Made by a program: the position numbers and the translations under genes. Under the pieces are notes generated by a model, which saw only the letters and a program-made list of their open reading frames with translations, was not told where the DNA came from and did not search any database. A stretch of DNA of 48,679 nucleotides, taken from assembly GCA_047618295.1 (NCBI GenBank), contig JBLHKL010000002.1, positions 1 through 48,679 of the forward strand, written 5' to 3'. The DNA is from Gammaproteobacteria bacterium. Lineage in GTDB: Bacteria; Pseudomonadota; Gammaproteobacteria; Eutrophobiales; Eutrophobiaceae. Positions 37,396 to 45,365 of this stretch are shown piece by piece (the first letter of the stretch is position 1; each line of letters begins with the position of its first letter).

Positions 37396-38130
37396 ATGTC
37401 GATTGTTTTTGAAGAAATAGATTTTCAAACAACGCCACTTGGCGACATCAGTCTTAGACGTCGTTCAGAACCCCGGTTCGACAACATCATTCTTTATGAG
37501 GTGAAACTTGGCGACGAGTTCCTCATGTCCAGTCTGTTTACCGAATCTGAAATACAACTTTCAAAATTAGGCCTTGCCGCGCTTAAAAGTAATTACTCGG
37601 GTGAACTGGACATTGTTGTTGGTGGCTTAGGTCTTGGTTATACCGCAGTTGCTGCGCTAGAAGATCCAGCAGTCAAATCACTACGCGTTATTGAAGTCAT
37701 GCAACCGGTGATCGATTGGCACCAACGTGGCCTTGTCCCGCTTGGCGAAGAATTAACAGCGGACTCACGCTGCACACTGGTTCATGATGACTTCTTTGCT
37801 GTTGCCTCTGCTGTCAACGGTAGTTTTGATAAAGAAGAACCCGGAAAGTTAGTGCATGCAGTATTGCTCGACATCGACCATTCACCTAGTCACTGGCTCA
37901 ATGAAGGTAATAGTTCTTTCTATTCGGTGCCTGCACTAGAAAACCTGTCGAAGAAGATCCTTCCGGGGGGCATCTTTGGTGTTTGGTCAAACGATCCGCC
38001 AGATAATGATTTCATAAATCTTCTTGAATCTGTATTCCAGTTAACGGAATCACATGTTGTCAGCTTTCCAAACCCATACACAGAAGGGAAATCTTCCTGC
38101 ACTGTTTATGTCGCACGAACTAAATACTAA
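37396..38130 (+). CDS. spermidine-synthase-like SAM-dependent transferase fold protein
   Basis: VVGGLGLGYTA and LLDIDHSP motifs. It starts 4 nt after the ybiT stop. Confidence 0.65.
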   Translation: MSIVFEEIDFQTTPLGDISLRRRSEPRFDNIILYEVKLGDEFLMSSLFTESEIQLSKLGLAALKSNYSGELDIVVGGLGLGYTAVAALEDPAVKSLRVIEVMQPVIDWHQRGLVPLGEELTADSRCTLVHDDFFAVASAVNGSFDKEEPGKLVHAVLLDIDHSPSHWLNEGNSSFYSVPALENLSKKILPGGIFGVWSNDPPDNDFINLLESVFQLTESHVVSFPNPYTEGKSSCTVYVARTKY

Positions 38131-38166
38131 ACTGTATGGCATTATAAATACCTAGAGTCGTTAAGA

Positions 38167-38784
38167 ATGAAGATTGGTTTGATTAGTGATGTTCATGCAA
38201 CCTTTGCCCCTCTCGAAGAGGCATTAGCGCTTTTTCGACAACATCATGTCGATATGACTATCTGCGCCGGAGACATCGCAGGATATGCGGAAGAACTTGA
38301 ACAGACAGTTAATTTATTAATTGAAAGCCAAAGCAAAGTAATTCTGGGCAATCATGATATCTGGTATCTCAACGAATCGGAGCCTGAAGAACATAAGTGG
38401 ATTAAAAACTTTTTTTCATCATTACCCGATAATCTGAGTTTATCTGCTGACGGAAAAGAGATTTATGTCGTTCATGCAAGCCCACCAAATTCTAAAATGG
38501 ACGGTATTAATTTATTAGACGAATACGGTCATGTTATTCCGGAACAAAAAACACAATGGACAAGCACTCTGGATGACTTTGATTATGATGTATTGATCGT
38601 GGGTCATACCCATCAGGTATTTGCAGAAAGACTAGGGAATACTCTGGTAATTAATCCCGGCAGTACAAAATTCAATCATGCCTGTGCAATATTGACCTTG
38701 CCAGAAATGACTGTCGAAGTGCTTCCTTTATCAAACAAAGAACCCGTAAAAGCCTGGAATTGGAGTAAGTGGAACAGCACTTAG
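38167..38784 (+). CDS. metallophosphoesterase (YfcE-like)
   Basis: ISDVHA, AGDIAGY, GNHD and VGHTHQ blocks. Confidence 0.8.
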   Translation: MKIGLISDVHATFAPLEEALALFRQHHVDMTICAGDIAGYAEELEQTVNLLIESQSKVILGNHDIWYLNESEPEEHKWIKNFFSSLPDNLSLSADGKEIYVVHASPPNSKMDGINLLDEYGHVIPEQKTQWTSTLDDFDYDVLIVGHTHQVFAERLGNTLVINPGSTKFNHACAILTLPEMTVEVLPLSNKEPVKAWNWSKWNST

Positions 38785-38802
38785 AAAACGATTAAAAATT
38801 TG

Positions 38803-39147
38803 CTATTTCATCCCTTCTTTCATTGCACGTGCAACTTTTTCTTTAATCTCTCTTAGTTTTTCTTTTGCCGGTTCCAGGGCATTTTCTACTTCTTCTAATT
38901 CCTTTATTAATTCCGGATAGCCTGATTGTCCAAGGCAACCCACGACTTTCTCAAAATTTTCCCTTTGATTATCATCATAGAGCATGCTGTCGTCAGCCGA
39001 TGCTACCGCTCTTTTATGTTTACATACCCTGTCACGAACACCAGCAGGACAATCGCAAAAAAATGATAAGCCAGAATCATCTTGCACAACGTTTACCGAG
39101 CGAGGCTCAGTGCTGCTACTACTTTTTAAGAGAATTGTAATATTCAT
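38803..39147 (-). CDS. small SWIM zinc-finger protein
   Basis: FCDCPAGVRDRVCKHKRA fits the SWIM CxCx(n)CxH signature. Coiled-coil C-terminus. Confidence 0.5.
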   Translation of the reverse strand: MNITILLKSSSSTEPRSVNVVQDDSGLSFFCDCPAGVRDRVCKHKRAVASADDSMLYDDNQRENFEKVVGCLGQSGYPELIKELEEVENALEPAKEKLREIKEKVARAMKEGMK

Positions 39148-39221
39148 AGTAATTAAGATTAGCAGAATTTATTAATTTTTCACCATTCAATGTTGTGGCT
39201 AAAAACCTCATTTTACTTCTA

Positions 39222-39235
39222 TTGATTTGGATCAA
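39222..39235 (+). promoter_or_regulatory. perfect FNR/ANR-type box TTGAT-TTGG-ATCAA
   Basis: 10/10 consensus match. TATATT -10 at 39257-39262 places the box centre near -41.5, 83 nt upstream of ATG 39312. Confidence 0.55.
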
Positions 39236-39311
39236 AGTTCTAATAAAAACATGTCTTATATTAATGATAGTCACATTAGCTATTATAGCTACAGATATAT
39301 AGGGAGTTACT

Positions 39312-39812
39312 ATGAATTATATAAAACCGATTCTTCATCTATTGTTATTAGTAAGCATAAACCAAATTGCGTTGGCGAATGAACATGGACATCAAGTCGT
39401 AAAAACCGACCTCTATCAAGTCTCACATGGCAAAGTGGATGCAGCGACATTCATAGGTTGGAGCATGTATCACAACGCCTGCGTTAATTGTCATGGTGTC
39501 GGTGGCGTTGGCAGTGACATGGCGCCCGATCTAACAGAAATTGCAGACCGCCTTAGTCCTGAACAATTTAGATTAAAGGTCATGCACAATACTATTGTCA
39601 GATTTACAGGCGATGATTGGCGGAATATGGAACAAGCGCTGTTTGAAGAAATTGCTAAACAGGAAAAACGTGACTCCGGTGAATTGGAAACAATGCCACG
39701 TTGGAAACATAACCCTGCGGTAACGGCAAATATTAAAAATATTTATCGCTACCTGAAAGCGCGCGCAGATGGCGCAATTGGCACAGAAAAACCGGGGATA
39801 CTAAAAAAATAA
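39312..39812 (+). CDS. periplasmic mono-haem c-type cytochrome
   Basis: Signal peptide, and a single CVNCHG haem motif with a downstream Met candidate ligand. Confidence 0.75.
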   Translation: MNYIKPILHLLLLVSINQIALANEHGHQVVKTDLYQVSHGKVDAATFIGWSMYHNACVNCHGVGGVGSDMAPDLTEIADRLSPEQFRLKVMHNTIVRFTGDDWRNMEQALFEEIAKQEKRDSGELETMPRWKHNPAVTANIKNIYRYLKARADGAIGTEKPGILKK

Positions 39813-39828
39813 TTATCTTTTAAAAATA

Positions 39829-40650
39829 CTATGGAGATTCTTTTTTTATCGCCGCTAGTATTCTAGCGAATCCTTCTGAGCAACTCATGTTTAAGAATTC
39901 ACCATGGTTGCTGTTTAATGCCAGTTCAGTAAATGTATTTGATTCGATATTAATATCGATGATAGTGCCTTTATTTTGGTAGACCATATTGGCCACATGA
40001 TTAGGTAAGGTAGTTGCACCAGATGTGCCTGCAATAATCAGCACATCTGTTTTTTCCGCAACCGCCATGGCACTCTCAAACTTGAAATAATATTCATCGT
40101 AACTTTCATCAAACCACAACACATGCGGGCGTGTACCCACACCACAACCGGGGCACTTTAAACAGTTTTTATCTGCTACTGATAAAGGCTGATCTTTCTC
40201 TCTGGGAAAGAGTTCTAGTGGTAAGGCAATGAGTCGTTGTTGACACTCATTAACGCAACGCATAAAAAAAACATTGCCATGTATCTGAAAAGTACGCTCT
40301 GGGTTGCTACCCGCTCGAATATGTAAGTTATCAACATTCTGAGTAATCAGCGTAAACCTATCCTGAAGGATTCGCTCCACCTCCACCAAGTCAAGATGAG
40401 CTTGGTTTGGTTCGGCATTACGACACACACTCAAGCGATAAAGATACCACTGCCATACTTCATCAGGATGTTTAGTAAACATGGCATAGGTTGCCATTTC
40501 TTGCGGATGATATTCTTTTGCACCAACGGTCCAATAACCTTCAGGGCCATGAAACGTTGGGATACCGCTTTCAGCCGATATGCCTGCTCCGGTTAAAACA
40601 GTTATCTGCTTAGCCTGTTCGGAAAATATGGTCTGAAGTCTATCAATCAT
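39829..40650 (-). CDS. cobB: Sir2-family NAD-dependent protein deacylase (CobB-like)
   Basis: GAGISAESGIPTF, TQNVDNLH and HG motifs, with Cys pairs (CVNEC ... CLKCPGC) for the zinc module. Confidence 0.8.
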   Translation of the reverse strand: MIDRLQTIFSEQAKQITVLTGAGISAESGIPTFHGPEGYWTVGAKEYHPQEMATYAMFTKHPDEVWQWYLYRLSVCRNAEPNQAHLDLVEVERILQDRFTLITQNVDNLHIRAGSNPERTFQIHGNVFFMRCVNECQQRLIALPLELFPREKDQPLSVADKNCLKCPGCGVGTRPHVLWFDESYDEYYFKFESAMAVAEKTDVLIIAGTSGATTLPNHVANMVYQNKGTIIDINIESNTFTELALNSNHGEFLNMSCSEGFARILAAIKKESP

Positions 40651-40722
40651 AAGACTAGCTTAATTCCATAATGTTAATTCTCAGTCTTGCGGCTCTATAT
40701 AATTATAAATAATGACAGACCT

Positions 40723-40837
40723 GAATTGCACTTACTTAAGCCCGTATTTCCCGCGCACGCCTACATGGATGTAGGCGTGCGCGGGGATGACAAACAAGAT
40801 AAAATATTGTCTTTGAAGTTTAAGCTAAGTGCCATTC
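40723..40837. mobile_element. MITE-like element B (115 bp) with a central 17-bp-stem palindrome
   Basis: Ends GAATTGCACTTACTTAAGC and GCTTAAAC..-type, the latter reverse-complementing to GAATGGCACTTAGCTTAA. Core CCCGCGCACGCCTACAT-GG-ATGTAGGCGTGCGCGGG (40750-40785). Flanked by ATGACAGACCT (40712-40722) and ATGACAGATCT (40838-40848). Confidence 0.55.
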
Positions 40838-40930
40838 ATGACAGATCTAATACCATACGAATATAGACATTGATAATCGTGGACTGAAGCCTATCATCCC
40901 TCATTGAACCTACACATAGATTAATCGCAT

Positions 40931-41923
40931 ATGAAATGTAAACTATTGTTGCTGATCGGATTAATACTAAATCTTGCTTATACCAATGCAGAATCAGTTA
41001 AAGACTTTGGTAATAATCCCGGCAATGTAAATATGTATACGTATGTTCCTGAGAACATGCCCGCTAATGCCCCTTTAGTGGTTTCCCTGCATGGTTGTCA
41101 TCAGGATGCTGAGACTTATAACAAAGTCGGTTGGAAAACGCTGGCAGATACATGGAAGTTTTACCTCATCTTTCCCGAGCAAAAAAGAAGTAATAACCTT
41201 TATAAATGTTGGAACTGGTTTCAGGCCGAGAATATCAAACGTGATCAGGGTGAAAGTAAATCAATTGTGCAAATGATTAAAAAAATGATAGCCGACTATT
41301 CAATCGATGATAGTCGAATCTATGTACAAGGACTCTCCGCCGGAGCCTATATGGCATCAGCCTTGTTAGCCTCCTATCCTGATGTGTTTGCAGGGGGAGC
41401 GACCAACGCTGGTGGGCCCGCCTTATGTGCTCAAACAGAAAAGCATTTTTGGGATATCTTTAGTTGGTGGTATTTAAAACAGAGTTTTTCGGATGCTAAA
41501 ACATGTATGAATGGCACTGATAAATCACCTGAGGAATGGGGTGAACTGGTGCATAACGAGGGTTATGAGGACTTTAATGGCCCATGGCCAACCATCTCAA
41601 TCTGGCACGGCGCAGCCGATGAAACTGTCGATAAAATCAACCAACAAGAACTCATTGACCAATGGACTTATCTTCATGGTATTGACCAGATCGCCGACAA
41701 AGAAGGCAAATCGGGCAAGAAGGCTAATGTCATTCATGAGGAATATCATGATGACGATGGCAAGTTACTTATTGAAACCTATTTAATCCCTGAGATGACA
41801 CACGGGATAGCCGTGGATGCGAATGCGAATTGTGGAGAAGCGGATAAATATATTCTTGATGCAGGCATCTGCGCTGTGCGCCGAATTGGTCTCTTTTGGA
41901 AACTCAATCCTGCTCAACAATAA
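40931..41923 (+). CDS. secreted PHB-depolymerase-family esterase (LpqC-like)
   Basis: Signal peptide, LHGCHQ, GLSAGA nucleophile elbow and a C-terminal HG. Confidence 0.8.
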   Translation: MKCKLLLLIGLILNLAYTNAESVKDFGNNPGNVNMYTYVPENMPANAPLVVSLHGCHQDAETYNKVGWKTLADTWKFYLIFPEQKRSNNLYKCWNWFQAENIKRDQGESKSIVQMIKKMIADYSIDDSRIYVQGLSAGAYMASALLASYPDVFAGGATNAGGPALCAQTEKHFWDIFSWWYLKQSFSDAKTCMNGTDKSPEEWGELVHNEGYEDFNGPWPTISIWHGAADETVDKINQQELIDQWTYLHGIDQIADKEGKSGKKANVIHEEYHDDDGKLLIETYLIPEMTHGIAVDANANCGEADKYILDAGICAVRRIGLFWKLNPAQQ

Positions 41924-41934
41924 ACCACATTCAT

Positions 41935-42363
41935 TTAACTGGCTTTTTTTATACCCGCAAGAATAATATCTGCAAATCTATCTTCAATTTCAGAATTAGT
42001 TTCCACAGTAAGGTCTTCTGCTATCTCACCAACGACTAACTTTGCAAGCTGTTCCGGTAAAGCATTCTTAAATTTCGTTAACACTTCCGCTGGTGCCGCT
42101 ATTGCCAATAAATCAAACATTTCCAACTTGTGGTGTTCTACCAAGAAGTCTGCCTGACATTGAATATTATCTATTTTTTTCGATATGGCTAAATCACCAG
42201 TTCCATTTAATGGTTTACCATTGACCATCAAATAGCCAAGTTCAGCATAGGCTGGCAAATCATCGGCATTCAAAATCGTAAGTGCCTTTCCTTCGCCTTT
42301 GTTAATCATTATTTTTATATATCTACCGTCACTCAGTACGGCCCATGTTCTAACGTTACTCAT
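41935..42363 (-). CDS. host-attachment-protein family (baeRF12-like) protein
   Basis: N-terminal TWAVLSDGRYIKI and the 142 aa size resemble PF10116 members. Assigned from memory. Confidence 0.55.
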   Translation of the reverse strand: MSNVRTWAVLSDGRYIKIMINKGEGKALTILNADDLPAYAELGYLMVNGKPLNGTGDLAISKKIDNIQCQADFLVEHHKLEMFDLLAIAAPAEVLTKFKNALPEQLAKLVVGEIAEDLTVETNSEIEDRFADIILAGIKKAS

Positions 42364-42457
42364 AATAATATTTTCTATTTACAATTAATTTTAATAAATA
42401 TGGCGGATAAAAAAATTCATCCACCATTATTATTTTACAGATAATCTCAGACCGCTG

Positions 42458-42919
42458 TTAGTACTTAAGCAAATCTTTGGCACTATCCACTGCGCCATCT
42501 TTCGCCGCATCCATCGCTTTTTCTTTAACCATTTCTTCTGCCTGTTCCTTTGCCATATCGGCGGCTTGCTCTTTAACCATTTCAGTCGCTTTTTCTTTAG
42601 CCGCTGCGATCATCTCATCCTTGTTCTCATCGACATATTCTTGAGCGGCTTCTTTTGCCACTTCAACGACTTCGTCGGTCATCGTCTTAGTTTCTTCTAC
42701 GACTTCTTCTGCCATTGCAGTAGTTTCTTCAGCTGCGGCTTCAGTAGATTCAGCCACTGCAGCACTAGCCTTTGTTGCTGCTTTATTAGCATCATTCATA
42801 GCCGCTTTAGTGCTACTTTCTGCCTCGTCCATCGACTTGGATGCCGCTGACTTGTCATCATCACCACAACCAGCTAATGACAAGAGAAGCACTAGGCCAA
42901 GTATTTGTAAATTCTTCAT
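42458..42919 (-). CDS. Ala/Glu/Lys-rich lipoprotein
   Basis: Lipobox LSLAGCG, then low-complexity helical repeats (MVKEQAADMAKEQAEEMVKEKAMDAAKDG). Confidence 0.6.
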   Translation of the reverse strand: MKNLQILGLVLLLSLAGCGDDDKSAASKSMDEAESSTKAAMNDANKAATKASAAVAESTEAAAEETTAMAEEVVEETKTMTDEVVEVAKEAAQEYVDENKDEMIAAAKEKATEMVKEQAADMAKEQAEEMVKEKAMDAAKDGAVDSAKDLLKY

Positions 42920-43062
42920 TATTTAAGTCTCCAGATAATCCCTTGTATTGAATATACAGGGGATGGCATTTGTACACTTCGGGACAGTATTAAGCAACAG
43001 ATTAATGCTGTAATCAGGAATATCTCACATAGTCCAAGAAATACCTATGAGTAAGGCTCAGA

Positions 43063-43392
43063 CTACTGTTTACGCCACATTACACTACAATTTTCAGCGG
43101 CAGCCCTGCTTAGCATCTGAATTAAAGGAAATGCACGACCCGAAATACCGACCTTTGGCTCATCCTCGTCATCATCGATATCTGCTCCTGCATCCAGGTT
43201 ATCGTCATCGTGCCCTTTGTTATTCTGTGCTTCAATCGCAGCCTTTAGTCGCTCAAGCACAGCAGGGACGTCTTTCGCAGCAATCGCACTCGGTATCGTA
43301 CCGCTGTGTCCCATCAGCTCAAACATGCGTTCTGCAACATCACCAAACATAGTGATATCGCCAGTCGCATTTGATGAGAAAATGATTAACAT
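43063..43392 (-). CDS. DUF1840 domain-containing protein
   Basis: MLIIFSSNATGDITMFGDVAERMFELMG is the typical DUF1840 opening. The track start 43401 is a TTG; ATG 43392 is preferred. Confidence 0.7.
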   Translation of the reverse strand: MLIIFSSNATGDITMFGDVAERMFELMGHSGTIPSAIAAKDVPAVLERLKAAIEAQNNKGHDDDNLDAGADIDDDEDEPKVGISGRAFPLIQMLSRAAAENCSVMWRKQ

Positions 43393-43590
43393 GATTGTCA
43401 ATATTTGAACCTGTTAAAGAATAATTACATTATAGCAATATTAAAACTGCCTGTTACAAACAACATGGATGAAGATAAGGTCGATTTCCATGGGTATTCA
43501 TTGACGCTTATAAATATAAAGACTATATATTGAGTAATCGTAAGAAATATAATGCTTTAAAATCGGTCGTTACATATAAAAGGAGACGTT

Positions 43591-43752
43591 ATGGCTATCT
43601 GTCCTGTAGCTAATTCAGTAGGTTGTGAAAAATGTGGCATCGTGAAAGTTTGCGTTCTAAGGTCAGTACTCGGTAATTATGGCGCTGAACAACCAGGTCA
43701 AAATTCAGAACAGGCTAATTCAACTGAATCTGAATCCAAGCCACCGGATTAA
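43591..43752 (+). CDS. small Cys-containing protein (53 aa), not in the ORF track
   Basis: AAGGAG 6 nt upstream of the ATG. Translation: MAICPVANSVGCEKCGIVKVCVLRSVLGNYGAEQPGQNSEQANSTESESKPPD*. It has four Cys in the first 21 residues and a polar tail. Confidence 0.5.
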   Translation: MAICPVANSVGCEKCGIVKVCVLRSVLGNYGAEQPGQNSEQANSTESESKPPD

Positions 43753-43754
43753 TA

Positions 43755-43914
43755 TTACCAGATCAAATCATCAGGAATGCCTACATGGAGAAGGTGAGAC
43801 CGTGAGGTCGAGAAGCTGGCCTGGGCCATGTAGGTAGTAGAGCTGCACTGGGAGCAAGCAGCCGAATGATTACCGGCGTGAACTTTCTATCTACCATATC
43901 AAATCATCAGGTAT
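43755..43914. repeat. 24-nt imperfect direct repeat (43755-43778 and 43891-43914) bracketing a 112-nt insert
   Basis: On the minus strand both copies encode IPDDLIW-stop. The insert carries CCTACATGG / CCATGTAGG (43780-43788 / 43826-43834). Confidence 0.7.
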
Positions 43915-44436
43915 TTTATAGTCTGCGTAAGGATCATCTTCATCCGCTACTGGTTCAAGGTTATGATCATTATTAATGATACAGCCTGCATCACGTTGTT
44001 TGATCTTCTCTGCAACCGGCTTCGGCACCAATTCGTAACCTTCGCCCAATTTGGCGATAACTAATTGCCCGGACATAAGATGTTTGTAAATCTGATCAGA
44101 AACAAATAAACGTTTAACGACATTGGCATCCGTGAAGTTATAAACAATTTCGCCATCGCGATCCTCAACACGATTAGTTTCGATCAACTGAATAATCTGT
44201 GCAGCAACCGCCTTAGTTTCCGCTTCTTCTTTCTTCTTCAGATTAATCTGTCGATCGCGCTCAACTTTTTCAGCCTGCGCTTTCTTAGCCAAGGTCTTGG
44301 CTTCGTCTAACTGGACAGCCGAACCTTTTTTTATCTTCTGCTTTTTATTCTTATATTGATCATGCTTGGCCTTATGTGCCTTTTTTTTATCGACCAGTCC
44401 GGTCTTTTTTAGCTGATCAATCAGTGAATTCCCCAT
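43891..44436 (-). CDS. yaiL: DUF2058 protein YaiL
   Basis: MGNSLIDQLKKTGLVDKKKA ... DDPYADYKIPDDLIW* parallels E. coli YaiL (... DDPYADFKVPDDLMW). Confidence 0.85.
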   Translation of the reverse strand: MGNSLIDQLKKTGLVDKKKAHKAKHDQYKNKKQKIKKGSAVQLDEAKTLAKKAQAEKVERDRQINLKKKEEAETKAVAAQIIQLIETNRVEDRDGEIVYNFTDANVVKRLFVSDQIYKHLMSGQLVIAKLGEGYELVPKPVAEKIKQRDAGCIINNDHNLEPVADEDDPYADYKIPDDLIW

Positions 44437-44478
44437 GGGGTGGTCTCCGAGTACGAAATAAATATTAAACGATGGTGA

Positions 44479-44835
44479 TTACTTATCGAGCCAAACCAAG
44501 GCATCGTCTAGTGAAGTGAAACCTCTAACATTAAAACCACTGCCTTGTGAGATGACTTGTGGGGCATATGTTATAAGCTCCTTGGAGTAGATATAGGCAT
44601 ATTTCTCAACTTCACCCTTTAGGGAGGCAGATGCATAGCTTGCAAACTCAAGCTTATCCGACTCTGAAAAAGGGCCACCGGCATGCGTGACATCAACGAT
44701 TACCTTATGGATGTCGTTTGTCTTACAAGCGACTAGTAATTCGTCAGTAATCTTCTGAAAATCTGACACGCTCAGAGGTGCATATATCATGGTAGAAATA
44801 TAATCGCCTATCACCACGATATCATGTGTTGCCAT
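44479..44835 (-). CDS. hypothetical protein (118 aa), possibly a STAS/SpoIIAA-like fold
   Basis: ORF with alternating beta/alpha-like segments. The fold assignment is speculative. Confidence 0.45.
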   Translation of the reverse strand: MATHDIVVIGDYISTMIYAPLSVSDFQKITDELLVACKTNDIHKVIVDVTHAGGPFSESDKLEFASYASASLKGEVEKYAYIYSKELITYAPQVISQGSGFNVRGFTSLDDALVWLDK

Positions 44836-44892
44836 TGAACACTCTCAGCTAAGGAAGAAGCTGTAGTGTACTAAGGGAAGCACTTATCATTC

Positions 44893-44922
44893 AAGGATAG
44901 TCGTAATAAACCGACTATCCTT
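44893..44922. terminator. 11-bp-stem hairpin AAGGATAGTCG-N8-CGACTATCCTT
   Basis: Seen directly, between the zinc-ribbon remnant and the 118-aa gene. Only the + strand has a following T-rich run, so a terminator function on the minus strand is uncertain. Confidence 0.35.
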
Positions 44923-44990
44923 ATTTCAATACAAATTATCCCGGATAAGGGGTCCGAGAATCGATTCAATACTGATTTGCGCCAGCCTGA

Positions 44991-45290
44991 CTAAAGACGT
45001 CGAAACTGATTTCGGTTCTTATTATTATCTGCTATTTCAAAACTATGTTGAATTGAAGCCAATTCGCCTTTATCCAACCAGATACCGCTACAGGTTTCAC
45101 AAAAATCTATCATCGTCGTTCTAATCTTTCCATGTTTGCGCTTTTTCATGAGCAACTTACACTCAGGACAATTACGACGGATTTCCGGTCCATTACGTGG
45201 AATTGCCGTCTCATCAGGAATATCGAATTCGCGGGATTATTCGATAGCAACCAGCTTCTCCTCGTTCAGTAATATCCCTTTACAACTCAT
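44991..45290 (-). pseudogene. zinc-ribbon (zf-TFIIB-like) protein gene with an in-frame TAA
   Basis: Minus-strand frame: ATG 45290 MSCKGILLNEEKLVAIE, TAA (45237-45239), then SREFDIPDETAIPRNGPEIRRNCPECKLLMKKRKHGKIRTTMIDFCETCSGIWLDKGELASIQ ... *. There is no ATG/GTG/TTG between the TAA and the first CxxC. Confidence 0.45.
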
Positions 45291-45365
45291 CTCGCGTTAT
45301 AGGATTATGCATATTGATGAATATATAGCGTCACGACAGGATTAAATCTTGAATTAAAACTCTTT

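Noticed and set aside
39829-40650. The Sir2-domain protein was considered as a possible defence-system component (Thoeris/DSR/pAgo-associated type).
   Set aside because: It has the compact CobB-type architecture (273 aa, catalytic GAGISAESGIPTF/TQNVDNLH plus a zinc module). It has no fused sensor or effector domain and no partner gene. Its neighbours are a cytochrome gene and a MITE.
41935-42363. The host-attachment/baeRF12-like protein was considered as part of a conflict system.
   Set aside because: There are no co-directional partner genes. The flanking genes are a convergent esterase gene and a low-complexity lipoprotein gene separated by about 95 nt containing a hairpin.
43047-43408. 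The + strand ORFs 43047-43352 and 43217-43408 lie opposite the DUF1840 gene.
   Set aside because: They are shadow ORFs. The minus-strand product matches the DUF1840 N-terminal signature.
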